DNA of 64,000 nt from Eledone cirrhosa (taxonomy: Eukaryota), in assembly GCA_964016885.1 (NCBI GenBank), contig OZ024756.1:19406001-19470000 (forward strand). Direction: 5' to 3'. The notes below the pieces were generated by a model. It was not told the DNA's origin, did no database searches, and worked only from the letters and a program-made list of their open reading frames with translations. The translations under genes were made by a program, and so were the position numbers. Of the stretch, positions 46,701 through 59,121 are shown in pieces. Position 1 is the first letter of the stretch. Every line of letters starts with the position of its first letter.

Positions 46701-49672
46701 CAAATATTCACAACAATCTGTCAACCAGTAAAGATACTATAAACATTTGAATTAACAGACCTGTTTTTTAGATATTTGCTGCTAAATTATTACAATATGT
46801 TAAGAGATAATAGTGCAAATGTTCACAGCAATCTGTCCACTAGTAAAAATACTATAAATATTTAAATTAACAAACCCATTGCTAGATATTTGCTGCAGGA
46901 TGTTAAGGGTTAAAAATAATTTTAAATACCATATTTTTTAGGCAAAGAGAAAATCCATGAAAGAAACTAATATTACGAGAAAGTCCAGAAAGCATTCATT
47001 ACCACCTGGTCGGGTAAGTCTATTTTGGTATATTGTATTCATGTTTTTACCTGGTCTGCCCCCCCCCCCCCCCCCCCCATCTAGTTGGGTAAGTCTATTT
47101 TGGTATATTGAATTAATGTATTTCCACCTGGTCTCTCTCTCTCCACACCTATATGTTTTATAAGGTTGCATGGTAGTGAGACATCATCCCCATTTAACAT
47201 CCATTTTTCCACACTAACATGGGTTAGATGAGTGGTCCCATTTGAGGCAAGTCAGGTCAGATGACTGTGTCTTGCTCAAACAAAACTGTTTCTTGTTTGG
47301 TTTCTGTGGCTGGATGCCCTTTCTAACACCAACAGCATTTGTAGTGTGGACTGGGTGCTTTTCATCATGGCACTAAAGTGACCACTTTACAGTGTGTGCT
47401 GGGTGCTTTTTGTTCTGTTACCAACACAACCACATTACAGGATGGACTGGATGCTTTTTGTTGTTATCAACATACAGAAAATATGTGAAAGCTGAAGAGA
47501 AATGAAGCAAGCATGCTTCAATGGATGTGGGATATTAGTGCATGGATGAGTTGAAAGGAAACTGGGTATAAGAGAAATTAAATTTAGTGGGCAAGATAGA
47601 AGACTGCACTGGTACAGACATGTGATGTATATAGATGATGATTGTTGGATGAAGAAGTGTCAGGAAGCTGCAGTAGAGGAAGACGAAGGGAAATTTGGGC
47701 AGAGATGGTGAGAGTGGATTTCAAAACGCTGAACCTCAAAAAGTGGGTAATGAAGGAACAGAACAGATGAAGGGAGGCTGGCTAGAAGGAACCAATCCAA
47801 CCTATGCAAGTATGGAAAAATGGCATTAAATGATGATGATGAATAAGCTTATAACTATTAAATGAGAAAGATAATTACAATTATTTAACGATACAGGTAA
47901 TTAAACATTATCATCATAGCTGTTTAATATTTATTTTTTTGTTTGCATGGATTAGACGGGTTGTCACATCAAGTACGTAGCCAGATCAGGTGACCACGTC
48001 TTATATGATTTGTATTTTGGCTTGGTTTTTACATACTCTTCCTAATATGAACCACATTATATTGTGGACTGGGTGCTTTTTGTCATGGCCCCAGTATGAC
48101 CACGTTACAGAGTGAACTGGGTGCTTTTTGTTGTGGCACCAGTACAACCACATTACAGGGTAGACTGGGTGCTTTTTGTTATGGCACCAGTACAACCACA
48201 TTACAGGGTAGATGGTGCTTTTTGTCATGGTACTAATGCGACCACTTTATAGGGTGAACTAGGTACTTTTTGTTGTGGCCCCAGTACAACCACATTAGAG
48301 TGGACTGGGTGTATAATTACACGACCTTGTGGCCTCATTGGAATTTGTGGTTTCTTGTTTCAGAGGTCGAAAAACAAGATAGACAAACATGGAGATGTTG
48401 AAGATAAACAGTGTGTGGAGAAGTGTGAAGTAGAAGTGCCTCGTCAGTGTTATGGTGCTAACTGTGTTCAACATGCCCTTCAAAATTCTAAATATTGTTC
48501 TGAAGATTGTGGTATGAAGATGGCAAAAAGGTGGGTTATTTTACAATTTCACCTACCAATAAATCTGTCAAATTTTTGGTTATTTTGTTTTGAAAACTAG
48601 AATTTTTTTCCGTATGCTTATGTGTATATGTGTGTGCATGTGTATATGTGCATATGCATACATTTATATGTATGTGTATATAAATATAAATGTGCAAACA
48701 CAGACATGCTTCCCCTTCCTTCCATTTACACACACATACATTCAATCTGGCAGCAGATGTAAAGAGAAAGGAGTAGTATGAGGTAGTCAAACTACTACTC
48801 TTTACGTGTTGACAGAATCGCAGAAATTTATATATAGATTAATTGAAACACATAAAACGCTTTTTGTCATTAGAAATATGGTAAGGAAATGGTTAAGGCA
48901 GTGAATTGGCAGAGTTGATACATGGTGGATAGATGCTCTGTGGTATTTGTTCAGACTCTCTGCTCTGTGAGTTCAAATCCTGCCAAGGTCAACTTTGCCT
49001 TTCATCTTTTCAAGGTTGCTAAAAAAAAAAAAGTACCAGTCAAGTTCTGGAGTTGATTCTTCCCCTATATTTCTTTCTCTCTCTATATATATATATCCTT
49101 CTCTGGAAGAAATCTGCTGTATTCCGGCCTGGAGAGGAGGTGAACTCCACCAGGCTTAATGTGCACAAGAATGTGCACTATCTGTCAATATGGTCACTCA
49201 TCTGACTTCACCAGGAGTTACAGGACCATACCATGTCAAGGAAAAGGTTAAATGAGATTTATTTAAAAGTTTAAAAGCTGGGTCAGATATTTTAGAAGAA
49301 ACCTTATCTTAGCATCTTGTATAACTCTGTTTGTGTTCCTCCTTTCATATTTTTTCTAACTTACGTCAACATTCTGTCTCTCTTGTTTAAGCCGATTATG
49401 TGAACTGTTACCACGTAAAATTCAACAATGGCAGAGCAACCCTTGCGTAGCAGAAGAATATAATAAGAAATCGTTAGAGCGTATCCGCCGACAACAGCTT
49501 GTGTGTCGACAACACTTGAACGACCTTGACTTAAAATTGAGGGAACTTGAAGAGCTAATAGATAAAGCAAAGCACACCACGATCATCAACTATGACCAAG
49601 AGGTAACTCATTATCATCATCATCATCATTGTTTTGTTTTTTTTGTCCGTTTTGATATACTCTGTATGTATG

Positions 49673-49713
<41 letters not shown>

Positions 49714-50089
49714 TTAAGGATACTATTTATGGTTATGTATATACTAAAACTTTTTATAGTTATATATATTTTAAACCCTAAACAGTGAAAGACAGTAATT
49801 TATTACTACATTATTACCAGTAAGATAAATAGCTCAATGTTATAACATCAGTTGTTCTACAGAGCAGTTATATAGAAATTTTTGAATGTAAATTGCCATG
49901 CTAAAATATTATAATGGATGCCACCCCACTGTGCATCGATATATACATATGTTTCTGGATGTCTCTTGTGTTGGAAAGGGTCATGTATGTAAACAATCAT
50001 TGAAAAATTGCTCCGAAGACTCCAAACCGAGGTTTGGACGAAACAATTGTAAGCTAATAAATGGTTTGAACAGAACTTTGATTCATGTG

Positions 50090-50133
<44 letters not shown>

Positions 50134-53100
50134 AGACTTACGTAGATTAGAGAGAAACGAAGCCTGCATGCTCCGATGGATGTGTAACAGTAATATACGT
50201 GAACGACAAAGCATAAAGGAATTGAGAGAGAGACTGAGCATAAGAGGAATCAAATGCTGCGTGCAGGAGAGGCGGTTACGCTGGTATGGACATGTGATGC
50301 GTATGAAGGATGACAGCTGCATAAAAAGGTGCAGAGCACTACAAGTTGATGGAAACCGCGGAGTGGGGAGACCCAAGATGACTTGGGATGAGGTGATAAA
50401 AGCCGACCTTACCCAACTACACCTCTCAAAGACAATGACACACGACCGTGACTTCTGGCGTCACGCAGTAATACAGGGTACCCGACCTCCCATGGGTACA
50501 TGCTGAAGCATATAAACAATATGCCCCCACTCCCCCCACCGCAAGGTGGTCGTGGAGGTGCCACGGCAAAAAAGCACCCAGCCCACACTGTAAAGTGGAC
50601 ATGTAGGCGCCACGGAAAAAAGCACCCAGCACTCACTGTAAATGAGGTTGGTGTTAGGAAGGGCATCCAGCTGTAGAAATCAAGCCAGATCAGTTCCTGT
50701 ATGAGCAAGGCATGGTCAGCCGACCAGACACTGCCCACAAGACAACCCGTCTAACCCATGCTAGCGTGGAAGAACGGACGTAAAACGGTGATGATGATGA
50801 TGATGATTCATTGGGTCTGGTTTGTTTGGGGTATATTGTTAGAAATTATTCCTGGTAGTTATACTGATTATGTGTAGGTACAGCACCAATTACATAAATG
50901 GAGTTGCAGTCACTGCAGAGTAATATAGAAACTGTCATATGATGGGAGAATTTGAAGTTTTAAAAATGTGTTCTATGTGCAGAAAATGACTGCAATAACA
51001 GTCGATCATTATAAATAGTAATTGAGAAAATCGGGTAAAATACCCTGACAGACAGAAAAAAGTCGGACAGGAGTGCCTTTGAGGAATTGAACACTCATCT
51101 CTGAAGTACTGTGCGAGTCCATTAATCACTATTATTTCTCTACAGGATGATGAAGAAGGTGAGCTAAGCATGTACTGTGTGACATGCGGCAGTGAGATAC
51201 AACAAAAAGGAGCTCTCCGACACATGGAAAAATGCTTTGCCAAGGTAAAATATTTTATTTTTTATTTTCTTATTTAATGTATCTTATAATTCTTCCTTTG
51301 GAGTAATGTTACTCGATAAGTTGTGTAGCTATTGAGTAGCATTAGATACATGGGGTAACCTCTTTCTGAGAAAAGGGTGGGTAGAAACTCCATAAGGTGG
51401 ACACAGTGTAACCTATAGACATGCAAGATAACTTCTGGGTCAGAAAGGAGTGAGTGAAGGTGCGTGTCGTAGTGGTTGAGGTGTTGGACTTATAATCATA
51501 ATGTCATGAGTTCAATTCCTTGACTGGTAACAGAGAGTTGCTACTTCTCTGACTAAAGATATCACAGCTCTGGTATTACAGGCATGTGGTTAGAATGTCT
51601 AAAGAAAGAATCGCTTGGCAGATTTTATGGGCAAAAACCAACCGGCAGGAACGCAGAGGAAAATGGCAACCAAAATGGTTGGATAGCATCTATAAAATTG
51701 ACTGTCTCGCTTGGGGATCCAGCCAGATCAATTGGAGAAGGTTGCTTCTGATAGGACTCTTTGAAAGGTGTGTCTAAGGAGTCTGCTCCCACGACCCTCC
51801 CAGGAATAAGTGGATTGAAAATAATAATAATAATAATAATTGTTTTTGATTTAGGCACGAGGCCAGCAATTTAGGGGCAGGGGTAAGTTGATTAAATTGA
51901 TCCCAGTAAATTACTTGTACTTCATTTTATCAATCCCATAAGGATGAAAGGCAAATGTAACCTTGGTGGGATTTGAACTCAGAACGTAAAGAGCCATAAC
52001 TCTATGCTACAAAGTATGTTGGCCAACACTCTACCGACTCTACCAAATTAATAATCTCTAAAACTTCTGATTGCACAGAAATAAAATATATTGCAGACAT
52101 AAAACATTAACTGAGAAGTAAAGTTTCATTCAGTTTTCTATCTCTAATAATTACTGTATTTCCAGTTTAAGAATCACAAACCGTGCCCAGTTTGAGTGAA
52201 GTTAAAATTATGTGTATTTTGAGTGATGCCTATTAAGCAATGTCAGTTTGAGTGAACCTCAAACTGTTTTTTAAAAGATGTGGTTGTGGTAGTAGTCGTA
52301 GTGGTAGTAGTTTTACACATGCACAAGAAGTTTACGGTGTATAGTAGCAATTGCTGTTATTGATAAACAACTGATGAGAAAGAGCGAGAGAGGATGAGTA
52401 AGAGAGATGCATATATATATATATATATATATATTATAAGGGTTTTAGATTGATGATGTTGTGCAGTAATACTGAAGACCTGACTTTCCACGGGTACAAG
52501 CCAAAGCTGAAGCATGTAGACAGTATGCCACTCTTCCCTCTTCTCATTGTAAAGTGTCCGTGTAGGTGCCACGACAAAAAGCACCCAGTCCACACTGTAA
52601 AGTGGTCGTGTAGGCGCCACGGTAAAAAGCACCCATCACTCATTATAGATGAGGTTGGTGTTAGGAAGGGCATCCAGCTGTAGAAATCAACCCAAAATCA
52701 GTTCTGTATGAGCAAGACATGGTCACCTGACCTGGCATTTCCCGCACAGGACAACCTGTCTAACCCATACTAGTGTGGAAGAATGGACATAAAATGGTAA
52801 TGATGATGATGATTATATATATATACACACACAGAGGGAGAAAGAAAGTGTGCTTAAAAAAATTAATCTTTGGTGAAATTACTGTTTGCACTTAATGTTT
52901 TGCTCAAAATGAATGGAACCCTCTCAAACATTTATTTTCCCCTTGTTTTCTCTTAGTTTGAAGCCCAGACTGTGTTTGGTTCCTACTATAAGACTCCAGT
53001 TGATGGTTGCTCTTTTTTTTGCGATGCTTACAACCACCAACAGAAAACCTACTGTAAGAGACTGAAAGTACTCTGTCCTGAACATACAAGGGAACCAAAA

Positions 53101-55754
53101 GTAAGCAGGGATAACTGTTTTTTTTTATCTTAACTCTTTAGCATTTACATTACTACTCTATATTTACTATTATATTTTCACAGTAAAGGCATTACTTCAT
53201 AGTTATCTTACATAATATAAAATCTATGAGATTTTGATATATTTTCACGGTAAAGGCTTTACCTCATAATTACCTCACATAATATAAAATCTGAGATTTT
53301 GATATTATTTATTTTGAGAACAATACCTTAACATCAGTATGAGTGGCTGCCTACAGCCGATTTGAACAGAAAGAGGTGAGAGAATTCTGGCCAGATTAAC
53401 CCTTTAGCATTTAAACCGCCCGTATCTGGCCAGAATTTTCTCACCACTTTGTTCAAACCGGCTGTAACTGGTCGATTATACTGATGTTAAGGTATGGTTC
53501 TCAAAATAAATAACAAAATCTCATAGATTTCATATTATGTGAGATATATGCGAGATAAAGCCTTTACCACAAAAATACAATAGTAAATATAGAGTAATGT
53601 AAATGCTAAAGGGTTAATTCCCTATTTCTTTAAGCTTATTCCCTATTTCTCATTTTTATTACTTTAATTTCTACCCATCTCGTAGCTTATTTCATGTTTT
53701 GCAATGTTTCCAGGTCAGCAATGATGAGGTCTGTGGCTGCCCTCTTCTCTCGAATGTCTTTGAAGAAACCGGGGAATTCTGCCGAATGCCAAAACGTAAA
53801 TGTAACAAACATTACTGTTGGGAGAAGCTACGTCGTGCACAAATAGACATGGAAAGAGTCCGCCAAGTAAGTTGAGCAGAGGTTACCTTGTGTGTCTATA
53901 GGTTGCACCGTGTGCACCTTATGGAACTTTTGCCCACCCTTTTCTCACAGAGAGGTTACCCTGTCTCTGTAGGTTACCTTGAGTGCACCATATGGAGTTT
54001 CTGCCCACTCCTTTCTAAAAGACTGAAGTCTGTCTCGAACTCGGAGGCTCATCTGGCCAAATGCCTATCCTAGTTTCTGTGGCGTGACACGACTGAGAGT
54101 ACAAGACTTCCTCCTGGACGTGATGCCAGTTATCATAGGGCTGAACCCCCAGTTATTGCTGGTACTCCATTTTCAGCTGAGTATACTGGAGCAACATGAA
54201 ATGAAGTGTTTTGCTTAAGAACACAATACACAACCCAGTCAAGGAATCGAACTGACGATATTATGATTATAACATGTGCCTCCACTCACTCTTTTCTGAC
54301 ACAAGTTATCTTGTGTTTCTATAGGTTACACTGTGTCCATCTTATGGAGTTTCTGCCCACCTCTTTCTGACACAGAAGTTATCTTGTGTGTCTATAGGTT
54401 ACACTGTGTCCATCTTATGGAGTTTCTGCCCACCTCTTTCTGACACAAAAGTTATCTTGTGTGTCTATAGGTTACAGTGTCCATCTTATGGAGTTTCTGC
54501 CCACCTCTTTCTGACACAAAAGTTATCTTGTGTGTCTATAGGTTACACTGTGTCCATCTTATGGAGTTTCTGCCCACCTCTTTCTGACACAGAAGTTATC
54601 TTGTGTGTCTATAGGTTACACTGTGTCCATCTTATGGAGTTTCTGCCCACCTCTTTCTGACACAAGTTATCTTGTGTGTCTATAGGTTACACTGTGTCCA
54701 TCTTATGGAGTTTCTGCCCACCTCTTTCTGACACAAAAGTTATCTTGTGTGTCTATAGGTTACACTGTGTCCATCTTATGGAGTTTCTGCCCACCTCTTT
54801 CTGACACAGAAGTTATCTTGTGTGTCTATAGGTTACACTGTGTCCATCTTATGGAGTTTCTGCCCACCTCTTTCTGACACAAAAGTTATCTTGTGTGTCT
54901 ATAGGTTACACTGTGTCCATCTTATGGAGTTTCTGCCCACCTCTTTCTGACACATCGAGCAAGGCCACTTCTCTGATAGTATCAGTTTCTTGTCCTCTTT
55001 GCTATTTATTAAGACTGCAGTCTCTCTAAATATTTACTTTTAGATTTTTCAGTTCCAGATTTTACTTCCTTGTCTGGAATCTTGTCCCTAACTCTCACAG
55101 GTTCAGCTATAAGGACTAGATCATCATTAGCATATAGGAGTTCCCATGGAGTGCCAGTTTTAAACTCCTGAAGGACAAGAATGATAAACAGAAGGGGGCT
55201 GTGGTCTAAGACCTGGTGGGCCCTCCCCTCCACACGCACATCAAATTCATTATTGTACTCATTGGTAACTCTCACTTTACTATATTAGTTTCACCTCTGA
55301 ACATAACCTGTACTGCCTTCATAAGACATTCCTCTATCCCTAGTTTCTTAATCATCATCATCTCACCAAATTACAGGGCACGGGATTCTGTCAGAGGGTT
55401 TTCCCTGGTCAATAAATGCTCAATATAGTGGTTTGCCCCTTAGCTAGGTTCTACTTAGCAAGTGACTATCTTGTAGCCTACTACACACACACAGAAAACA
55501 CATGTAAAATGATGATGATGATGATGATGATGACACAAAAATGTGGGTATTTATTTGTCTCTATCTCTCTCACTTTTTCTATTTTTCTTTTTTTTTCTTT
55601 TTTTCAGTGGATGAAGTTGGATGAGTTGATTGAGCAGGAAAGAAACATTCGTATTGCCATGTCAAACCGTGTGGGTGTGCTGGGTTTGTTACTCCACCAG
55701 ACTGTTGATCACGATCCTCTTACACCTGTCAAAGCTCCAATTCTGGCAGAATGA
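32339..55754 (+). CDS. CXXC1: CXXC-type zinc finger protein 1 (CFP1, SET1/COMPASS subunit), 15 coding exons, about 581 aa
   Basis: Exons join in frame: PHD finger (YCICR...[15 protein letters not shown]...FCEAC), CXXC finger (CGECISC...[29 protein letters not shown]), coiled coil, and the C-terminal Cys-rich region ([22 protein letters not shown]). Confidence 0.95.
33745..34390. repeat. About 31-bp minisatellite (tgagatatggcccatcataaggtgggccaca), possibly inside a hAT-like element starting near 33659
   Basis: About 20 diverged tandem units; upstream caggcataggcaacct resembles a hAT terminus. Confidence 0.8.
34765..35572. repeat. About 175-220-bp tandem repeat, 4 copies
   Basis: Units start gtttaacaactg at about 34768, 34988, 35162 and 35361. 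Confidence 0.85.
35870..36656. repeat. Compound (TA)n/(CA)n microsatellite
   Basis: Direct inspection. Confidence 0.95.
37400..37680 (-). mobile_element. CRE-like non-LTR retrotransposon, restriction-like endonuclease C-terminus
   Basis: [16 protein letters not shown]...[23 protein letters not shown] matches the AVETxGxxG...LFQRLSxxIxRGNA pattern. Confidence 0.7.
37957..38123 (+). CDS. CXXC1: CXXC1 exon 2
   Basis: [21 protein letters not shown]...[15 protein letters not shown](I). Confidence 0.93.
39744..39844 (+). CDS. CXXC1: CXXC1 exon 3 (PHD)
   Basis: [33 protein letters not shown]. Confidence 0.95.
40541..40665 (+). CDS. CXXC1: CXXC1 exon 4
   Basis: [13 protein letters not shown]...KKDK, phase consistent. 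Confidence 0.9.
41550..41645 (+). CDS. CXXC1: CXXC1 exon 5 (CXXC)
   Basis: [32 protein letters not shown]. Confidence 0.94.
42520..42918. repeat. (CTA/CCA)n and (CAT/CAC)n trinucleotide low-complexity tracts
   Basis: Direct inspection. Confidence 0.9.
43002..43070 (+). CDS. CXXC1: CXXC1 exon 6 (CXXC, KFGG)
   Basis: [23 protein letters not shown]. Confidence 0.95.
43977..44305 (+). mobile_element. tRNA-derived SINE copy
   Basis: Same family as 1856-2200. Confidence 0.85.
44628..44740 (+). CDS. CXXC1: CXXC1 exon 7
   Basis: [37 protein letters not shown](R), phase-2 donor gtaagt. Confidence 0.85.
44731..44880 (+). repeat. 30-bp x5 tandem array of the CXXC1 exon 7 donor
   Basis: aatgtctgag|gtaagtttggaaatatttgg repeated. 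Confidence 0.95.
45863..45914 (+). CDS. CXXC1: CXXC1 exon 8
   Basis: [17 protein letters not shown], restores phase 0. Confidence 0.82.
45920..46330. repeat. About 55-65-bp array (about 7 copies) directly after the CXXC1 exon 8 donor
   Basis: ctctctctgtagtttatttgcctagtaaaatattta repeated. Confidence 0.85.
46942..47013 (+). CDS. CXXC1: CXXC1 exon 9
   Basis: [24 protein letters not shown], tag/gtaagt. Confidence 0.82.
48364..48530 (+). CDS. CXXC1: CXXC1 exon 10
   Basis: ...[30 protein letters not shown]. Confidence 0.93.
49392..49602 (+). CDS. CXXC1: CXXC1 exon 11
   Basis: [35 protein letters not shown]...NYDQE. Confidence 0.94.
50130..50806 (+). mobile_element. RTE-clade LINE 3' fragment with 3' tail
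   Basis: [17 protein letters not shown]...[15 protein letters not shown]...[15 protein letters not shown], then the gaagggcatccag module and an (ATG)n end. Confidence 0.85.
51146..51244 (+). CDS. CXXC1: CXXC1 exon 12
   Basis: [33 protein letters not shown]. Confidence 0.94.
52957..53100 (+). CDS. CXXC1: CXXC1 exon 13
   Basis: [48 protein letters not shown]. Confidence 0.95.
53714..53866 (+). CDS. CXXC1: CXXC1 exon 14
   Basis: [51 protein letters not shown]. Confidence 0.95.
54295..54953. repeat. About 73-bp minisatellite, about 9 copies, in the last CXXC1 intron
   Basis: gttatcttgtgtgtctataggttacactgtgtccatcttatggagtttctgcccacctctttctgacacagaa; diverged precursors at 53878-54015. Confidence 0.92.
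55608..55754 (+). CDS. CXXC1: CXXC1 last coding exon
   Basis: [48 protein letters not shown]-stop. Confidence 0.95.
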   Translation, partial: WMKLDELIEQERNIRIAMSNRVGVLGLLLHQTVDHDPLTPVKAPILAE

Positions 55755-55974
55755 AACTGTCCACTCTTCTAAATTTCTGTCAGCTGCCTACATACAAGTG
55801 TTTCCTATTTCATCATCTCTCCTTCATTGAAAAGTTCATGCATTGTTTACATATTGAAAAGTTCATGCATTGTTTACATATTGAAAAGTTCATGCATTGT
55901 TTATATATATAAAACATATCCTTCTCTCCTCACACCGTCTCTCTCTGTGTCTTTCTCTTTATATATATATATAT

Positions 55975-56327
55975 ATCATCATTGTTTAACGTCCATCTTC
56001 CACGCTAACATGGGTTAGACGGGAATTGTCCCACTTAAGACAAGATTGATTGGGTGACTGTATCTTGCTTGTATAGGATTGTATCTGGCAGGTTTTCTAT
56101 GGCAGGATGCCCTTCCTAACACCAACCAACCACATTTACAATAATAATAATAATAATAATAATGAAATTGTGTAAAGTGCTCAGGTGCACTACAACTCGT
56201 CAAAGGTGCATGTATAGTACATAGAATAATATACGAATGTCAGGGAAGTGAATAGTGTATGAGTCATGATATATGTGAACTAAGAGCCTTTTTCCCTGTG
56301 TCTCCTACACGACCACTTTACAGCGTG

Positions 56328-56362
<35 letters not shown>

Positions 56363-57115
56363 TTGTGACACCTACATGACCTCTTTAGTTTGGACTGGAT
56401 GTTCTGTGGTACCAACATAACTTTACAGAGAAAGGGTGGTGTTGGTGGGTGGGTGGAGTAGGGGTATACTGACTGTAGGTTTAACTTTGTACGTAGGGAA
56501 GGCGGGTCTTCTGTATTACTGCGTAGCGCCAAAGGTCTCGATCCAGTGACATTGTCTTAGAGAGGTGTAAGTGTGCAAGGTCAGATTTTATCATGTCGTC
56601 CCATGTTTTTTCTGGGTCTACCCACTCTGTAGCTTCCATCAATTTTTGATCGCCCTGCACTTTTTTATATAGCTGTCGTCTTTCATCCGCATCACGTGAC
56701 CATACCAACGAAGTCTTCTCTCGAGTAAACAGCATCTGATCCCTCTTATTCCTAATTTCTCACTTCGTTTGTTTTGCCGTTCATATATATTACTATTGCA
56801 CATCCAACGGAGCATGCATGCTTCGTTCCTTTCCAATCTGTGCAGGTCCTCTGCACGCAATGCCCATGTCTCACTGCCATGTAACATTGCTATTCGTATA
56901 CAAGCATCATACAATCTGCCTTTCATTTTTAGAGAGAAACCTTTTGTGGCCAACAGCGGTATTAGCTCCCTGAATTTTTTCCATCCCGTTCTAACTCTGG
57001 CTACTGTACTTTCAGAGCGCCCTCCACCACTGCTGATTTTATCACCCAGGTAACGGAAAGTGTCCACTATTTCTATAGAACCATCTGGGCAGTTGAAGGA
57101 GCTAATATCCTGTGG
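55975..57115 (-). mobile_element. RTE-clade LINE fragment with tail, interrupted by a CR1 3' end
   Basis: FRYLGDKISSGGG...KGRLYDACIRIAMLHGSETWAL...[11 protein letters not shown]. Confidence 0.85.
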
Positions 57116-57305
57116 GCACTATATATATAATCATCATCATTTTACGTTCGCTTTTCCCTGCTTGCAAGGGTGGGACGGGAACTGATTCTGGCTTGATTTC
57201 TACAGCTGGATGCCCTTCCTAACACCAACCTCATTTACAGTGAGTGCTGGGTGCTTTTTTTTTCCATGGCGCCTACACGTCCACTTTACAGTGTGGGCTG
57301 GGTGC

Positions 57306-57336
<31 letters not shown>

Positions 57337-59089
57337 TTTGCCGTGGCACTTCTACGTCCACTTTGCAGTGGAATGATATATACACACATATATATATATA
57401 TATATTACATCCATTTTCCACACTAGCATGGGTTAGACGAGTTCTGTTGTGGGTAATGCTAGGTCAGGTGACCATGTCTTGATTATACAGAACTGATTTC
57501 TTTCATATCACTTCCTTCATACTTGCATACAAGAGGGTGTTGAAAAGTTTCTGGCTTGATCGCTGCTATAGAAGCCTGACTGGAGGCCCAACTTTCCAAG
57601 TACTTTTTACAGGTCTTAGAAAAACTGAAGGACTGCTGCAATAAGTGTGAATCTGCGAGGGGAATATGTTGAATAAAATCATAATTAACTGATTCTCCTG
57701 TATTTTCTTTCACCCAAAGCCAAGAACTTTTCAGCATCCCTTCATATATGTGTATGTATGTATGTATGTATATATCTATAAGCGTATGTATATATGTATG
57801 TATGTGTGAATGTATGTATATATGTATGTCTAGATATATGCATGTGCATGAATGTATGTATATGTGTGTCTCTATGTGATTGTGTATATGTGTGTGTCTA
57901 AATATATGCATGTGTGAGTGTGAATGTATAAATGTGTGTCTGTCTGTCTGTCTGTATGTATGTTAGTAGTCAGAGTTGTGGCACATAATCTAAGTTCATA
58001 TAAGCAGCACTTCACTCAAACACAAAGTATCATGGCAGTGAATTGGCAAAGTTGTTAGATCGGATAAACAGTATTGTGCTATTTCTTCTCACTCGCTCTT
58101 CTGAGTTCAATTCCTGCTGAGGGGTCAATTTTACCTTTCATCTTTTTGAGGTTGATAACAAAAGTACCAGTTCGATACTGGGGTAGATTCTCTCTCTCAG
58201 AAATCGCATGTGTTTGAACCTGGAAAAAGATGGGCTCTGCCAAGTTTAGAAAGAGCACAAGAAATGCGTATGTGACTATGGGGTGCCTTTACGGGTCCAT
58301 ACATGACACGACAAAATGCACCCAGCATACACTGTAATGTGGTTGGTGTTAGGAAGGGTATCCAGTTTTAAAAAAAAAACAAGCCAAAATCAGCCCCGGG
58401 TGAGAAAAACACGGTCCGCTGACCTGATTCTCTCCCAAAGGGTCAACCCGTCCTACCTATGCTAGCGTAGAAAATGGACGTTAAACGATGATGATGATGA
58501 TGATTACTGTCAATCTGAAATACGAGTCCTAAGAAAGCAGAATTTGGCATTTTATTTGCATGTTTCAGAAAGTTTTAAGCTTTCTCTGAAATCTGGGGAT
58601 GATGGAGGATCTGAAATTCTTTCTTTTCTTTAATTCTTTTCACTTTAAGTTCTTGTTCTTTGTTGATAGACACATTCTGCAAAAAGAAGGAATTAAATGT
58701 AGCTGACCCCATCTTATTAACCCCTTAGCATTTACATTTCTGTATATATGCTATTGTATTTTTTGTGGTAAAGGCTTTATCTCACATAATATTAAATCTA
58801 TGAGATTTTGATGCTATTTATTTTGAGAACAATACCTCGGTATCAGTGGCTGGTTACAGCTGGTTTGAACAGAAAAAGATGAGAGAATTTTGGCCAGTTA
58901 CAGCCGGTTTAAATTAAAATGCCAATAGTTAAGGACCGAAACACTCATTTGAGGTGGTGGAGGTTTCTTCTCTGAAACCTGTTGTCCAGCTCTCCCGAGA
59001 GTGTCTTACTACTGATTACAAGTTGTGTGGGAATTGAAAAAATGTCGCTTAGTGCCAGTATTAAAAATTATAAAAACTATTTTACATTA

Positions 59090-59121
<32 letters not shown>

